Source of the DNA: Dimorphilus gyrociliatus
Taxonomy: Eukaryota; Animalia; Annelida
NCBI GenBank assembly: GCA_904063045.1
Contig: CAJFCJ010000056.1
Location: 6,110 to 70,109, forward strand
DNA length: 64,000 nt
Direction of reading: 5' to 3'
The translations under genes and the position numbers were made by a program. Shown here in pieces: positions 47,817 through 61,800 of the stretch (position 1 is its first letter; every line of letters starts with the position of its first letter). The notes under the pieces are model-generated. The model was not told the DNA's origin, did no database searches, and saw only the letters and a program-made list of their open reading frames with translations.

Positions 47817-48833
47817 TCAAGTGTGATAAAACACATATGGGAAAGAGAGGCAAGTTTTTAGGATAGCATTTTAAATGTGCAACCTTTTTATACATAAGAA
47901 TGTATAAGAAACCAAAAAGCGCCCTCTAGTAGATTTTTATAAATATTATATAGTATAGTTCCAAAAATCTTTTCATAGTAGTAATCAACTTTTTTAAATT
48001 CAAGTAAACCCAAACACTAAAAGCAAGAGTTAGAGATTGTGATAGAGATAGATGATTGGAATGAAAATACAGGAGCTTATATACTCTTTGGTGAGTTGAT
48101 GATATCCAATCATTGGTTTGAAGTTGGTGAATGCTCTAGTTCATGTTTATATTTAGTAATAGGATGTTACAAAGTCCACTAGACATAGTCCTTATCTTTT
48201 TTGGAAGCAAATTGAATTATAACTAGTCTAAAAGTGACTGTGTTGTGATTTGTGATGGGATGTATCTATCTTACTTAAAATCAATTACTGTTTTTTAAGT
48301 GTTGAACAATCAAGGTGTCCAAGAGAAACATTTGAGAATTTGAGTAAAATGACTTTCTGGAGAAGAATGTCCTGATTTTGTAGAATATGAATATTAGATA
48401 AGAAATTTCTTGGGTTACTACTTGTACGGGATAATAGAAGAGTAAAAACCTGACATACAGTTTAAACTGAACTATATATTCACACAGAATGTGGGCGTGG
48501 CAATATAGTAAAGAACTCTTATCATTCGAAGCGTATATTTATTTTGTATCAATTTTTAAACTTTCTTACACTTGCTTCCCTCTGTAGGCATTTTCTAAGA
48601 ATATTTCCAAAGTTTACTATGCTATTACTTGTTTGGTCTGTTTGCGAAGCAGTAAGACAATTGGCTTCAATGTAAAATTTCTTATTCTGAAAGAAAAACA
48701 AAAACAACGAAAGTAGTCTTTTTTGTCAGATAATTAAAAAAAAAAAATCTAAAGCAAAGCTTAAAAAATTCACTTTAAGAAAGATATTTTTAATACCAAA
48801 ATCTTCAACTAGAATTAGAGAGAATTTGTTTGC

Positions 48834-51800
48834 CTATGCAACAGCCGTAATAACATGTCTATATAGACAATATATTGATATTATTGACTCGGCAACTTTT
48901 TCAACGCACAAACTACTCAAGTTCTCCAGCAGACAATTCGGTAGAATAAAATTTTCCTTAAAGTTATTAGAAAATAAAATTACTAAGAGAATATAGAAAA
49001 GAAAACTGGTATTGAGTTGTTGTTGATGTTCCAAGGACACTTACTATTGCTTGTTAATTTAAATGTCATATTTTCTAGATGTTTTTTCCTGAAATAATAC
49101 AATTAATAGCATTTATAGTAAAAAAAAAAAAAACCTTGTTAATTTGTTCATACTCAGCTTCTCGAATTTTGATTTGTTGTTTTTTATAAAACATAATTAT
49201 TTCGGAAAAAGTATAAACAATTGGATTACACAGAGAGTTCAATGGCAGAAAAATAACAACAATTAAACTATAAATATCTTGATTGATATTCATATTAAAT
49301 ACAACTGATGAAAAACCTATAATATGGTATAAACGTCAGAAGTGACGTCATTTTATTGTTGTAGATATTATATGTAGTCGATGAATGAGTAGCGAGCGTA
49401 GGTTATGGCTAAATTCACCAACTTTACTCGATATACGTGTTAAAGATTTAAGGTATATACTAGTAAATATAGCAGTAATAATAAGTAATAACGTGTCAAG
49501 ATAATAAGAGGTAGTGAAAATACGGTTAGGTTTTAAATATGTGTAATGTAAAGTAATTATAAAATAACATAAAGGGAATTTGGCTGACCGCCAAATTTAG
49601 GCGATGTACCCGTCGACTACATTATATAATACCTAGAAAAGAAATTGGAAGCCAACAAGAAATATTTGTTAGAACTATAACCAATGCAGTTGTCTGGACT
49701 TTTTTTGTTACTTTTCCAGAACAGTTATTCTTTATCATTTTACTACTTTTATACAATGATAAGAGTAGTATTAAATAAATAATTAATATTAATATCGATA
49801 TCAGAAACATTAATATGCTATAAAGAAAAAATGACCATTGCCAGCCCCTAGTCTTTATAATTCCTATTTGAATATTTATACAGATTGGTAACAACTGGTA
49901 ATAATTCTAGAAAATAGGCAACAAAATTATTTTTAATTGTTTAGGGTTCATTTCAGTTTTGTTTGTTTTATCTTGTTAAGTTTTTACCTTGAATGTATAG
50001 AGTGGTATCAATGAGAATAATAGAGCAAAGGATAGTATTATAATGGATGTCATTGTGGTTATTTTGTTTGTAAAGTACAAACTCATTGGAAACTTAACGA
50101 CTAAATATCTTTCAATTGTTATTATTAATAGATTGAACGATGAAAAAAACTATTAGATCTGAACAGGAAGTAAACTTGGTTGATTTTGGTTGGCAACTTT
50201 TAATGTAGGACTGAAATTTCCATACAAAACAGCATAGATTAAAATATTCACTTTTCACAATTTCAATTGATTTAATATGTTTTGATAAATGGATTAAATA
50301 CTTTTCAGGTAAAATACTATTCAAAAAGTATAAATATTTCAAATTTGTCGCGTGTAGAAAAACATCTTGTTCAATTTTTATAAAATTACAATCATTTATT
50401 GTCAAATTTATCAAATTTTTTAAATTTGAAAAATACTGTCTCTTCAAAATATTTAATGAAACATTTTTCAGTGTTAAAGAGACTAATTTTGGAAAAATAG
50501 TAAACTCTAGATTAGCTACATCAATAATTTTGATATGCTCAAGTTGAAAATACTGTAACAGAGAAAAGCAACGTTTTTTATCGAAATGATAAGAGAAATT
50601 TAAAAACATTTGAGAAAGATGAATATCGAATAAATTTGGAAATTCTTCACTTATTGGAAAGTTGAGTATACAATTTATAAAAGATATTGATTGTATTTGA
50701 TAAAATTTCTTCGATGATTTTGACTTTTCTTTTGATATGATTGCGGAATTTGACAATAACCTTTTAAATAAGGGATTATTTTGATTCTTTAGAGTTATAT
50801 CTTTGGAACAATATATTGAAAAATTCTCAATGACAGGTTCGCAGTTAAGAAATTTATTTTCATAAGGACAATTCATTTCGTCGCTACCATCTAAACAGTC
50901 GAGTTCACCATCGCAGATCTTATTTATTTCAACAATGCCTTTTGTTTCTTTACACCTGAAGAAACTTTCCAATGAATGTTGACCTAAATTGAAAAAGAGT
51001 GAATAAACTAGGATTGATAGGATTTCACACTCTAGCAATTTACTGCAATTATCTTCATCATCACCCTTTCTGCAATGGAATACACGGTCGCAAACTAATA
51101 CAATGGAAATACAGTAATTGTCATCATTGCACAAATACTCTCCATGAGCACACATTCTCTTTCTGCAATTTGAAAGATATTTGAATGGAGGGTGTAGATT
51201 TGGTTTGTATTGATTTTTGATGTTTTTAAAAAGTTTACATTTAGTATTGAAAGATCTTATAAGTAAAACTCTACAAAAGTCTTCATTGATTGGTTGATTA
51301 GAAAATTCAAATTAATCATTAAACAAAAAATTGTACTGTTAATTCTCGACTGATTTCCAAATGATTGAGTTGATTTTCTAACTGCATAGGCCAAATCTGA
51401 ACATTTATCAGTTTCATCACTCCCATCTTCACAATGTCTAAATCCATCACAAATTTCATTAAAATTAATATTCTTATTCTTATCACAAATCATAATGCAA
51501 TCTGTTTTTTATTTTGATAAACGTTTCATTTTATTATCAAAATACTTTTTGAAAAATTTTTGACAAACTCGAATGAGATTGCAAATCAGATTTGTCAATA
51601 CAATGTATTTTACCAACATGGGTTTGTACGCATTGTTTACTTTTGCATTTACTATAAATCTCAAAAATTCAAAATTTTAAAAAACAATAAATGACAAATG
51701 TTTGATTTTGATATTTAATAGTTACAAGTTTGACTGATCACTACAATCTGGATAATCTGCTTTATAAAAATATTCAATTAATTCCTATAGTTCACGATTT

Positions 51801-53152
51801 TGTGGAGTTGTTTCATTAAAAAAAAAAAAAAAATTTTTCACCGCAATTTTCTTTGTCTAATCCATTTTTACAATCATTTTTAAAATTACAGAGAAAACGA
51901 TATAGAATCGTTTCGTTATGGTCGCAATAGAATAATTTTTCTTGTCTACAATTTTCCTCATCTTCACCAGAATTGCAATCGTTATCTCTGTCGCACTTGT
52001 AAATGATATTTATTTTCAGTTGGTTTTTGCAGGTAAATACTTGAACAGTATTAATCAAGATATGAGGAAGTATTTTATAAATCTTTCTTGTGTTTATTTA
52101 TAATTGTTAGCGATGTTTACAATTAATTATTTGTTTTAGTGAGATTTGAATATAATAGAGAGAAGCAGTATCTCTTCTCCTTCTCCTTTATAGACTAACC
52201 TAAATTCTTTTGGCACATACCGCTAAATATTGAGGATGAACACGATCTCCAGTGCATTTTAGTTCTATCAAGTGACAGTGATGTTTTTAAGAGAATACAA
52301 TCACGATCTTTTCTAGTTAACTCCTCATTGAGAAGATCCTTTAGTGATTGGCAAACATCTTTATTGTAAAAGTTTATTAACCAGATAAAATCATAGGGAT
52401 AGGGAAAATATTTTGAAGACGTTTTTTCATATATGCCATTTGCCGTTGTGATGTTACCTGGTTCTGAATTATATAAACACTGGAGGAAAATGTGAAAACG
52501 TAGTGGCAAAAATATACAAACTACTCAATAAGCTTCTTAAATGTTGATTTTTTTCTATTATTGGCACAATTAAATTGTTTATTTGAGTAAATGATAAATC
52601 AACTGGTTTCATGTTCAATTGTTCACATTGTTGTTCAATCCAAGAGTAATTTTTGGCTATATCACTTCGAGGTATAACTTGTAAACATGTATCTTCTACA
52701 TTGTAAGATGATTTGGTGGGACAGTAATGAAGACTCTTCTTTTCAATATCAAATGCTTTTAAATTCAAATTGTTCTCCACAGTTATTTTCGTACCTTCTT
52801 CAGTAACATTAAAACATACTACTAATGGACAAACAAACGTTTCCATAAAATCAGTTTTTTTCAAATCAGATAACACATTTATTTTTCGAATATTATAAGG
52901 ATTTTCTACTCGTTTCTTGAACAGTCCATTCTCCACGTGATAGTTGTAGCATTCCGTTAAATTGTTATAATTATAGCAGTTCATGTATTGACTCTTGAAA
53001 AGTCTTGTTCGTACTCTTTTAAATTTTAACGTTCCGTAATTAGATTTATAATGTTTACATATAAGACGGATCAGCCAATCGGTCAAAAAGTCTATATGAA
53101 TAGATCCAAATCCAAAATTCAAACTTTGTAAAACAGGCATTCCATATACCAT
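48834..53152 (-). pseudogene. GRL101/RXFP-like GPCR (Cys-rich N-terminus, at least 5 LDLa repeats, LRRs, partial 7TM); TM1-TM3a deleted. Possible further 5' exons to about 54647
   Basis: LDLa motifs (CDRDNDCNSGEDEENC, CDGFRHCEDGSDE, CDGELDCLDGSDEMNC); LRRs; hinge LCC..C..CSDLI; ERYLVVKFP; TM6 TNISCWLPI; TM7 PLNSLCNPIVYT. Confidence 0.8.
49374..49620. mobile_element. Small intronic element with short TIRs
   Basis: gtagtcga ... tcgactac ends, attatat on both flanks, internal hairpin aatttggc-tgacc-gccaaatt. Lies in the TM6/TM7 intron. Confidence 0.45.
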
Positions 53153-55482
53153 TGAAATTGAGTCAACATAACCTTCTTCTTCTGGTTTAACAAGGGTAAT
53201 AAAATCTTTTAAGGCAGAGTCAGTTTATTGTATTTCTCTATACGCAAGATAATAAAATACCCCTTTCATCGCCCAATCCATCACTTAAACAGGGGAATGA
53301 ATAGGTGTCGTAGGATTTTGATTCTTTCAAAACTAATTTACACCCTATAAAGATATCACCTCTCCTCTTATTCTCTACACAATACTGGAGTATTGGCTTC
53401 TGACTACTGTTCTCAATAAAATAACGGCTATAAATAGATCCATTATTTTCAGCCTATATATGGTACAAAGCTCTTTACTTGACAAACACTTGACAAAAAA
53501 TATTTTCTTACATAATTCCAGTCATTTGTGAACTGTAATATCCTCTTTCTGGAATCAAATCTGCTTTGTCCTGGACATAAATTGTGTTTAAGCTTCAAAA
53601 AATTTGCCACGCCAATTGGAAAAAGTGCTGGAAGATGGCCATAAGTCTTTGAGTGAATATTCAAAGTTCAATACTCTCTTGTCTGATGTTTTGTCAATTT
53701 TGATGAATAAAATAAAATAAACTCATTCATAAAACTCATAGTGAAATCTATATTAAGTTAAAAGAGAGAGTGAGAGAGAGAATTGCGCCAAACCTACTCT
53801 TTACCTTGAATATCACTGTACAAACAATTTATGGCTGTTCCATTCTTAACAGTGCGATACATTACTGAATCGACAAGGATAGCATAGGTTAAATTTTTGA
53901 ATATTTCCTTACTGGAAATAATATAAAATTATGTTAAAGGGCAAATATATTTTTGAATATTCCTTGTTTGTGATAAAATATAACTAATTCCTCTAATCCT
54001 CAACATTGGTAAAAAAGTATTCAAATTGCCATCCAAACTATAGGTAAAGAAATCTGTATAAAATTAAATGAATAATACAAATATCATAATTAATTATTCA
54101 TTCTCTACTTTACATTGTTTAGTCTTGAAAAAACATTTCATACAATGAACTATTCTTGGTTTATCATTCCTTGTTTTGAAACTAAAATCATGAATTTATG
54201 AGACAGATAAACAATACTAAAATATTTGTATTTACCTATAATTGTTTAATTTATGATTATATGGCTATATTTGGCAAATTGAAAAAATCGTGTTCATACT
54301 CCTTAAACATCTCTCCAACAGATAATGAATTGTATCATATTTCATCTTTCCACAAAGACCTTTACTAATCTATTGTTTTGTTTAGAAAATGGTATTATCA
54401 CATATGAATAATGTATAGATCCTTTATTTTCTTCCAAAATGTCATTTATAACTAATGGACCAAATACAAAATTTGGATTATTGTTTAGAGGTTGAATGGA
54501 AAATTTTGGGTTAATAGTTTTAATCCTATCAATTGTACTTTTTTCTTTGTCTCCATTCAGAACAAAATGAACACTAAGACTAATAAATGTAAGTAGTCTT
54601 AAAAAAAAATTCAAGCAAACAATCATATTAAACTCAACAAAATGCATCTTCTTCTTATTTAAATAGTCGTATTTTTACTTTTCATTTTATGCTCTTTGTG
54701 ACTATTTTCTCAAATTTATTAAACTAATATGTACTTTGTTGTATTGTAATTGTAGGAATTTCTTCTTCTTCAGAACAGTATCCCTCCTTTCCAATCATTT
54801 ATTAACTTAACAAAGTACTCACGCCACATAGAACCTTTCAAGTTCCTACACAAATAGCCTTAAGCTAATTTTATCCTGTGGGATCTGTTCTTGCATGAGC
54901 TACTGGAAACTTGAAAAATATCGACCATTATGGGTAATAATCTTATAAAATAGGGTTATTTCTAGAACTCAATAGCTTTGTTTCATGCTTTAATTTTTTC
55001 TTGATACAATCTGCTAATTAAATATTTTACTCTTCAAAATCAACAATAGAACTCTCTTTAATTGTCTGAACTTAAAGAAAAAATTTAAATATTTTTGTCT
55101 ATATACACAATGATCTAACAAAAAATTGAGGTGGAAGAATGTTTGAAGCATAATGGTATAATTTCATTTTCAATATGAACACTTGAATAAAAAAATTCTT
55201 GAAGATGTTTAATTCTTATTTGAGCAAAATTAAACATGTTTTCAATAGATATAAATCAAACCTTTTCAGCAATGTATTGAAAAGGTGATTCTAATTTTTT
55301 TCATTCTTTATCTAAAATGATATTGCCTAATTAATATTCAATTTGGCAAAAAAATATCTTTGCCCTTTAAATTTGAATTTTTAAATTTTCTTCTCACTTC
55401 TAATGAGTTCAATAAATTCGCTAATAAATCTATTCACCAGGTAGGTTACAGCCTTTATTACACAAAAAAAAATTTTGAATTA

Positions 55483-57296
55483 TGGAGAAAACGTCCACTG
55501 GAGAAAACGTCCACTGGAGAAAACGTCCACTGATTGGAGAAAACGTCCACTGGTCGGAGAAAACGTCCACTGGAGAAAACGTCCACTGGTTGGAGAAAAC
55601 GTCCACTATGTGAAGAATATATTAAAAAATACTTTTTCAAATTTAAATTTTTATTATTGATTTTGAGATATATCCAATACATTCCCATAATGCAATCACT
55701 TTTGGTAGCCATTTTGAAATCCAGACAGGAAACAGTTCTGGGATCTTCTATGTTTTTCATGGAAAGTGAATATTGTGCATATTTCATCTACAATTTTTCA
55801 GAATTTTTTGCAGTTTGAAATATATTTCACTATTGAAAACCATCAGACAAAACACAAACTTTAGAATTGATATCAGTAAGTTATAGAATATTGTGTTGAA
55901 ATGATTTATTTATAAATTAGCTTTATTTTTATAGCAGCCATTTTGTTTATCATTATTGTTAATTGTTTAATTTTTAAATTTACACAGTTGGTTATTGATA
56001 GAGATTCCAAATTGAACATGGCACCAATTTGTTACATTTGTGAAGAGAGAATATATGGAAGACAAAATCAAGAGAAATGTCAGCTTTGCTGTCATTTATT
56101 TAAAATACATAAAAAATGTTTGGATTATAAAGGTTTGTTTAAGTTTTTTGTCACTATCCTTCCTTACAAATATGTTTTTATATTTTTTCACAGATCAATG
56201 GCTTTTGCTTTTATGGGATCTAAGAGAAAGACAGCCTACAAGAAATTATTTAAGGTACAATAATTTTGCATTTTAAATTGAATAATCTAATTTGTTAAAT
56301 TAACAGGCAATACAAGATTTAACAAATGGGCATAGCCCCAAAAAAGTTGTTGTAGACTTTGAAAAAGCTATTTGGAAAGCACTATCATTCACTTATCCTG
56401 AAGCAAACATTAAACGGTGTGTTTTTCACTGGACACAGGCAATATACAGAAAGATTCAAGTAATACTTTAATTTAGTATTTGAGGTCTAGATTTGAACTG
56501 ACATATTTATTTCCAGGAATTAGGATTATGTAAGATGTACAAGGAGAAAAAAGCTGAATATAGAATCATGAAGAAATTAATGGCATTACCATTCCTGCCC
56601 TCTGATCTGATAGAACCAACATTTAAGACTATTAAAGAAATAAGTCCTATTGAAATGAAGTCTCTATTGGAGTACATTGAGACACAATGGATAAATGGAT
56701 TTTATAAACCAGAGGTATGGTCTGTTTATGGTGAGGCTATAAGGACAAAAAATGATCTTGAAGGATGGCATCACAGGCTTAACAAGAATCTTTGCTCTAA
56801 CACTGCATTCTATTTGCTTTTAGATGAACTGAAAAGAGAAGCTGATCTGATAAAGCTATATAAAAAATTACTGAGTGAAAAGAAAATTTGTAGACAGCAA
56901 AGAAAAGCATATCAGAATATTCAGAGCAAAATATTCAGCTTATGGGAACAATTTGAAATTGCCTCAATTACCTCCCTGGACTTACTTGATAAACCTTCTG
57001 ACATTTATTCACCAGTTTAAAATACCTTTATTCTTTAATGTTGTTACACTGTTGTCAATCATTCTTGTTATAATGCTTGTTTTTACTTAATCAATATATT
57101 AATATTTAAATATTTGTAATTCTTATTATTCATTTTTTCCTGTCAAATTGCTCTAAAAACTCCATCTATCAAATATCTTATATCTTACTTTGAAGTTTTA
57201 TAGTGGACGTTTTCTCCAGTGGACGTTTTCTCCAAGCAGTGGACATTTTCTCCAAACAGTGGACGTTTTCTCCAGTGGACGTTTTCTCCTGTACCC
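55483..57296 (+). mobile_element. MULE transposon remnant with TIRs of tandem ggagaaaacgtccact units
   Basis: Left array 55483-55607 and inverted right array 57202-57296. MAPICYICEERIYGRQ exon at 56018; VVDFEKAI..CVFHWTQAI (56340-56460); LMALPFLP..EGWHHRLN (56535-57020). Confidence 0.85.
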
Positions 57297-58109
57297 TAAT
57301 TTTTTAAAGTTATTCTTAATTTATATAGCCAATTTAAGCCTATAACTGACATTATGATTCATTCTCTCCCTTTTTGTTAAACCACTCAACTTGAATTGAC
57401 AATTTCAGATATACAGGTTGTGTATAGACATTTATGATATTTATATACTAATAGGTGTCCCATAAATGTGTGGCAACAAAATCAACAAAAAAAAGAAGAG
57501 TATTGAAATTCAAGTAGGATTATGTGATTATCCAATCATCATTGTAAGTAAGATATTTTGTATAATTTTGTTTATTAGCTAACAAGCAATTATAGGCCTA
57601 TTAGCTTTTTCAATATTTTTTAATCAATAAACATTAAATTCATATTTAATTTCTAAATTATCACAATTTTTCAACACTTCATTATAAAGATGATAATTTC
57701 ATTTTTTTAAATATTTATTAAAGTTCATATTATATATATTTCATATAGAGAATTTATAAACAGTTCCAAACTTTTGCTTGAATGAAATAATAGGCCAATT
57801 GATAAGAATTCTTCAAGTTCTCTTTCTCCCCAATATTTCCATATAAACTGAATTTTTTAGGTTGAAAACTTTTTATAATATGCAACTTTAGTAAATATCT
57901 TTTACAGATAGTATTTTAACAAAACTATTTTTTTTGAAAGGAACCAAAAACAGGAAAACATAAACAAGAAATAGTTCCTCAACAAAATGGCGGATCTATC
58001 ATTGCATAATTTTTATAATCTCAATAACAATATTTAAACCTGTTTATCTATACCAAATATTAATCTGTAAACCATTGTTCATATAAAAAATTACTGTTGA
58101 TGCTTTTTC

Positions 58110-58790
58110 CTAAGTTATGGACGTTTTCTGCTGTGGACCTTTTCTCTTGTGGACGTTTTCTCCTGCACCCATTCAGAAGTCTTAGATATTTGTTCCAAGT
58201 TATACTTTTCAAATTGACATAAATTTAATCAACAAATTTTCATTTACCTTATCAGTTTGAAACAAAATAAATTATTACAAATTAGCCATTTGTTATCTTT
58301 TTCATTTCTTTTCTTTTTTTATGATTTCATAAGAAAAAAACATTTTCAAGTCTTTTTATTTTTCTTGCAGACCCTTTCAATCAGCCTGTGGATCCTTTCA
58401 ATTGACTTGCAGGCCCTTTCAATCAGCTTGGGGACCATTTCAACTGCGGACCCTTTCAATTGCCAACCCTTTCAACTATATTCAACATTTAAGACTATTA
58501 AAGAATTAAATCCCATTGAAATGAAGTCTCTATTGGAGTATGTTGAGACACAATGGATAAATGGATTTTATAAACCAGAGGTATGGTCTGTATATGGTGA
58601 GGCTATAAGGACAAATAATGATCTTGAAGGCTGACATCACAGGCTTAACAAGAATCTTTGCTTTAAAACTCCATTCTATTCCCTAACAGCTGACATCATT
58701 AAAGCTTTTGAAGTAGAGAGAGCAAAATGGCCATATGTAAAAGATATCTCAATAAAAGAATTAAAACACTAGCCAGTTGACCTATTGATA
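58110..58790 (+). mobile_element. Mosaic of short MULE and BEL fragments
   Basis: tggacgttttct units at 58118-58170; gaccctttcaat units at 58368-58475; 58480-58665 copies 56600-56790; 58700-58790 resembles the BEL protease region near 26060. Confidence 0.6.
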
Positions 58791-58839
58791 GTGATATGTG
58801 TTGTGTTCAATATTTAATGCATATTGTTTTGTATCCTAT

Positions 58840-61800
58840 GTATGATGCTGCTAAGCAAGCAGAAACCTCATTAAAACTAACTCAAAGAAAACCAATCACA
58901 ATGGTGTCAAAATTGGAAACTCAACAAAGAAAAGAGCCCAAAAAGACCCAGGTGATTAGAAAAGATGCTGCTACAGAAACCCCAAATTTTTGGAATAGAA
59001 AGCATGTTACTGACAACAAAAATGCTACTAAAGAAAAGTTTTCAAGCCAAAAAGTCCAAAAGTATGCACCACCTCCAACAAACAGGTATTATAAGAAAAA
59101 TCAACCAGCAAAGATGATACAGAAAGAGGAACCTAAGCTACAAAAATTAGAAACATTAGACAATGAAAGCATGTCAGAAAATGATGAAGTTCAAGATATT
59201 CTCTGTTTTTCAGATAGTGAAGAATCCATTTGTCAGCTGTATCAAAGCAAACAATCTGAGCGAAATTCAACATTTATTGGACAATTTGAAACTAATACTG
59301 GTTTTAAGTTTGATGCCTTGATAGACTCTGGTAGTGACAGATCTTTCATTTCAAAAAAGGTATTAAGACAAGTTCAAGGAAAAGAGTCCTTCCCAGAACA
59401 AACTGTGAAAAATGCTAGAGATGCTTCAGGTAATAGGATAGAGATATGTGGAGAAATCATTCTCAGACTTTATTTTAATGGAAAAATTATTAAACAATGC
59501 TTTCTGATCAACAAAATCATTACACAACAATGTATCATTGGGTGTGACTTTCTACAACAAAATGTAGCTACCCTTGACTTTGGCAAGAGGCAAATTATAC
59601 TCCAGCCAGTTACGGAAAAGAATTACTCTATTGGAACACAGCACTTATCTTTCAAGGGACTTTACCCAGTTCCTCTTACTATGAAAAAGAATGAGAGTCA
59701 AATACATACCCTTCAGACAACAATTGAACAAGAAAGTCCTGAGATGAAGGAAAAAGTTACCCAAATTCTGGCAAAATATAAAGAAACTATTGCAGAAGAC
59801 ACATTTGATATTGGCAATCCAGAGGTACCACCCTTGGAAATTACTCTTGAACCAGGTTCAATGCCATAAAGACAAAAGCCATATAGAATGCCACCTCAAA
59901 AACAAGAAGAATGTAAACAACAGATAGCTGAGTTGGTAAAAAGGAAAGTTATTCAACCAAGCAAAAGCAATTGGGCTTCACCAATTGTTTTCGTAAGAAA
60001 GAAGGAAGGTAGTCTACAAATGTGTGTAGATTATAGAAAACTAAACAAAATGACAGTTAAAAACAAGTATCCACTGCCAAATCAAGATGATCTTTTTGAT
60101 CATTTGGGAGGAGGAAATAAATTCTTTTCTACAATGGATTTGACAAGTGCATACCACCACATTAACATCAAGAAAGAAGACAGGTCTAAAACAGCATTTA
60201 TTACACCTTTTGGCTTGTTTGAATTTATTAAGATGCCTTTTGGATTAACTAATGCCCCTCCTCATTTTAGTTATGTAATGAACTAATTTGTGCTAAAAGA
60301 TGTAAAGCATTTGTGCCTTAACTACCTTGATAACATAATAATATTTACCAAGTCACTGGACCAACATTGGGAAGCATTTGAAACCATTCTTCGACAGATT
60401 CAAAATTACAATTTTAAGATTAAACTAAGTATATGTGTGTTTTTGAAAGAACAAGTTCAATTTTTCGGACACATTCTATCAGAAAAGGTGATTGAAACAG
60501 ATAAGTCCAAGACAGATAAATTATATAATTTACAGCCACCAGTGTTTGCAAATTCACTGCTAAGCTTTGTTGCATTTTGTGGCTATTACAGAAAATTTAT
60601 ACAAGATTTTGCAAGAGTAGCTAAACCTCTGTATACGTTAATGAAACTACATGGGAAAAAGGATAAATTGCAATTGACTGAGGAAGCCAAACAATCATTC
60701 TTCAAGTTAAGAGATGCAGTAGTTGAGCCTCCTGTATTACAACTACCTGATTTCACTAAAGATTTTCACTTAACAACTGATGCAGCAAATACAGCAGTAG
60801 GAGGACTGTTTGAACAACTTTATGTAGATGATAATGGAAAGAAAACAATGAAACCCATTGCCTACACATCTAAACAATTCAACAATAATCAAATGAAATA
60901 TGCAGCCTATCAAAAGGAAGCTTTTGCTGTTTATTGGGTTGTAAAGAAATTTTTACATTATCTTCAAGACAAACCATTCTTTTTACATACTGACCATCAA
61001 AGTCTGGTAAAAACATTCAAGCAAACAAAGTTAAATGTCAGCACAGCAAAATGGGTCATCACTTGAATGGATTTAAAATTTACAAACAAGTATGTGCCAG
61101 GACAGAAAAACAGAGCAGATGCTTTAACAAGATTAGAAGAATATACACCCCCAAGGAAAGTGACATTTGAAGAGCTAATTCATGGAAGCATCAAGGAGGA
61201 GAATTCTCCCTCTATTTCAGTTAAAATGGAACAGTATGAACATACACCAGATCTGTCTTTTATAGCTACAAGTGATAACAGGGAAGAGAAAATTGATTTG
61301 TCTTCTGTTGACTTACAGTCAGAGCAAGAAAAAGATATGAATTTGAAATCAATTAAAGAATATTTAACACTGGATGGTCCGCTACCTATTCCTTATTTTG
61401 GAACTTTTACACCTTTCATAATGGAGATGTTTGTTCACAAGGAAATGATCTGGATTATCCTTGAAAAAAGAAACATTCTGGTTTTACCTGACCATCTGAT
61501 GCTAACTCTGCTCCCTAAATTCCATAAAAATAAAATTCACAATCACCATGGACCCAGAATGACATTACAAATAATTACAAAGACCTTTTGGCACCCAAAA
61601 TTAAAGATTATGATTGAGAATTCAATAAAGGATTGCACTTTGTGTGAACAAATGAATGGTAGGAGTAGAGTATACCCTTTGGTAGAAACCTTTCACCCTG
61701 CATCACCAATGGAGTTGGTGGCCATGGATATAATTGGACCCCTACCCATGGTTAAGTCATACTGATTCATACTTGTGATAGTGGATCATTTCAGTAGATA

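Noticed and set aside
55483-55607. CRISPR-like array of ggagaaaacgtccact repeats
   Set aside because: Units are abutting or separated by 0-4 nt with no unique spacers, have an inverted counterpart at 57202-57296, flank a MULE transposase, and sit in a eukaryotic context with no cas genes.
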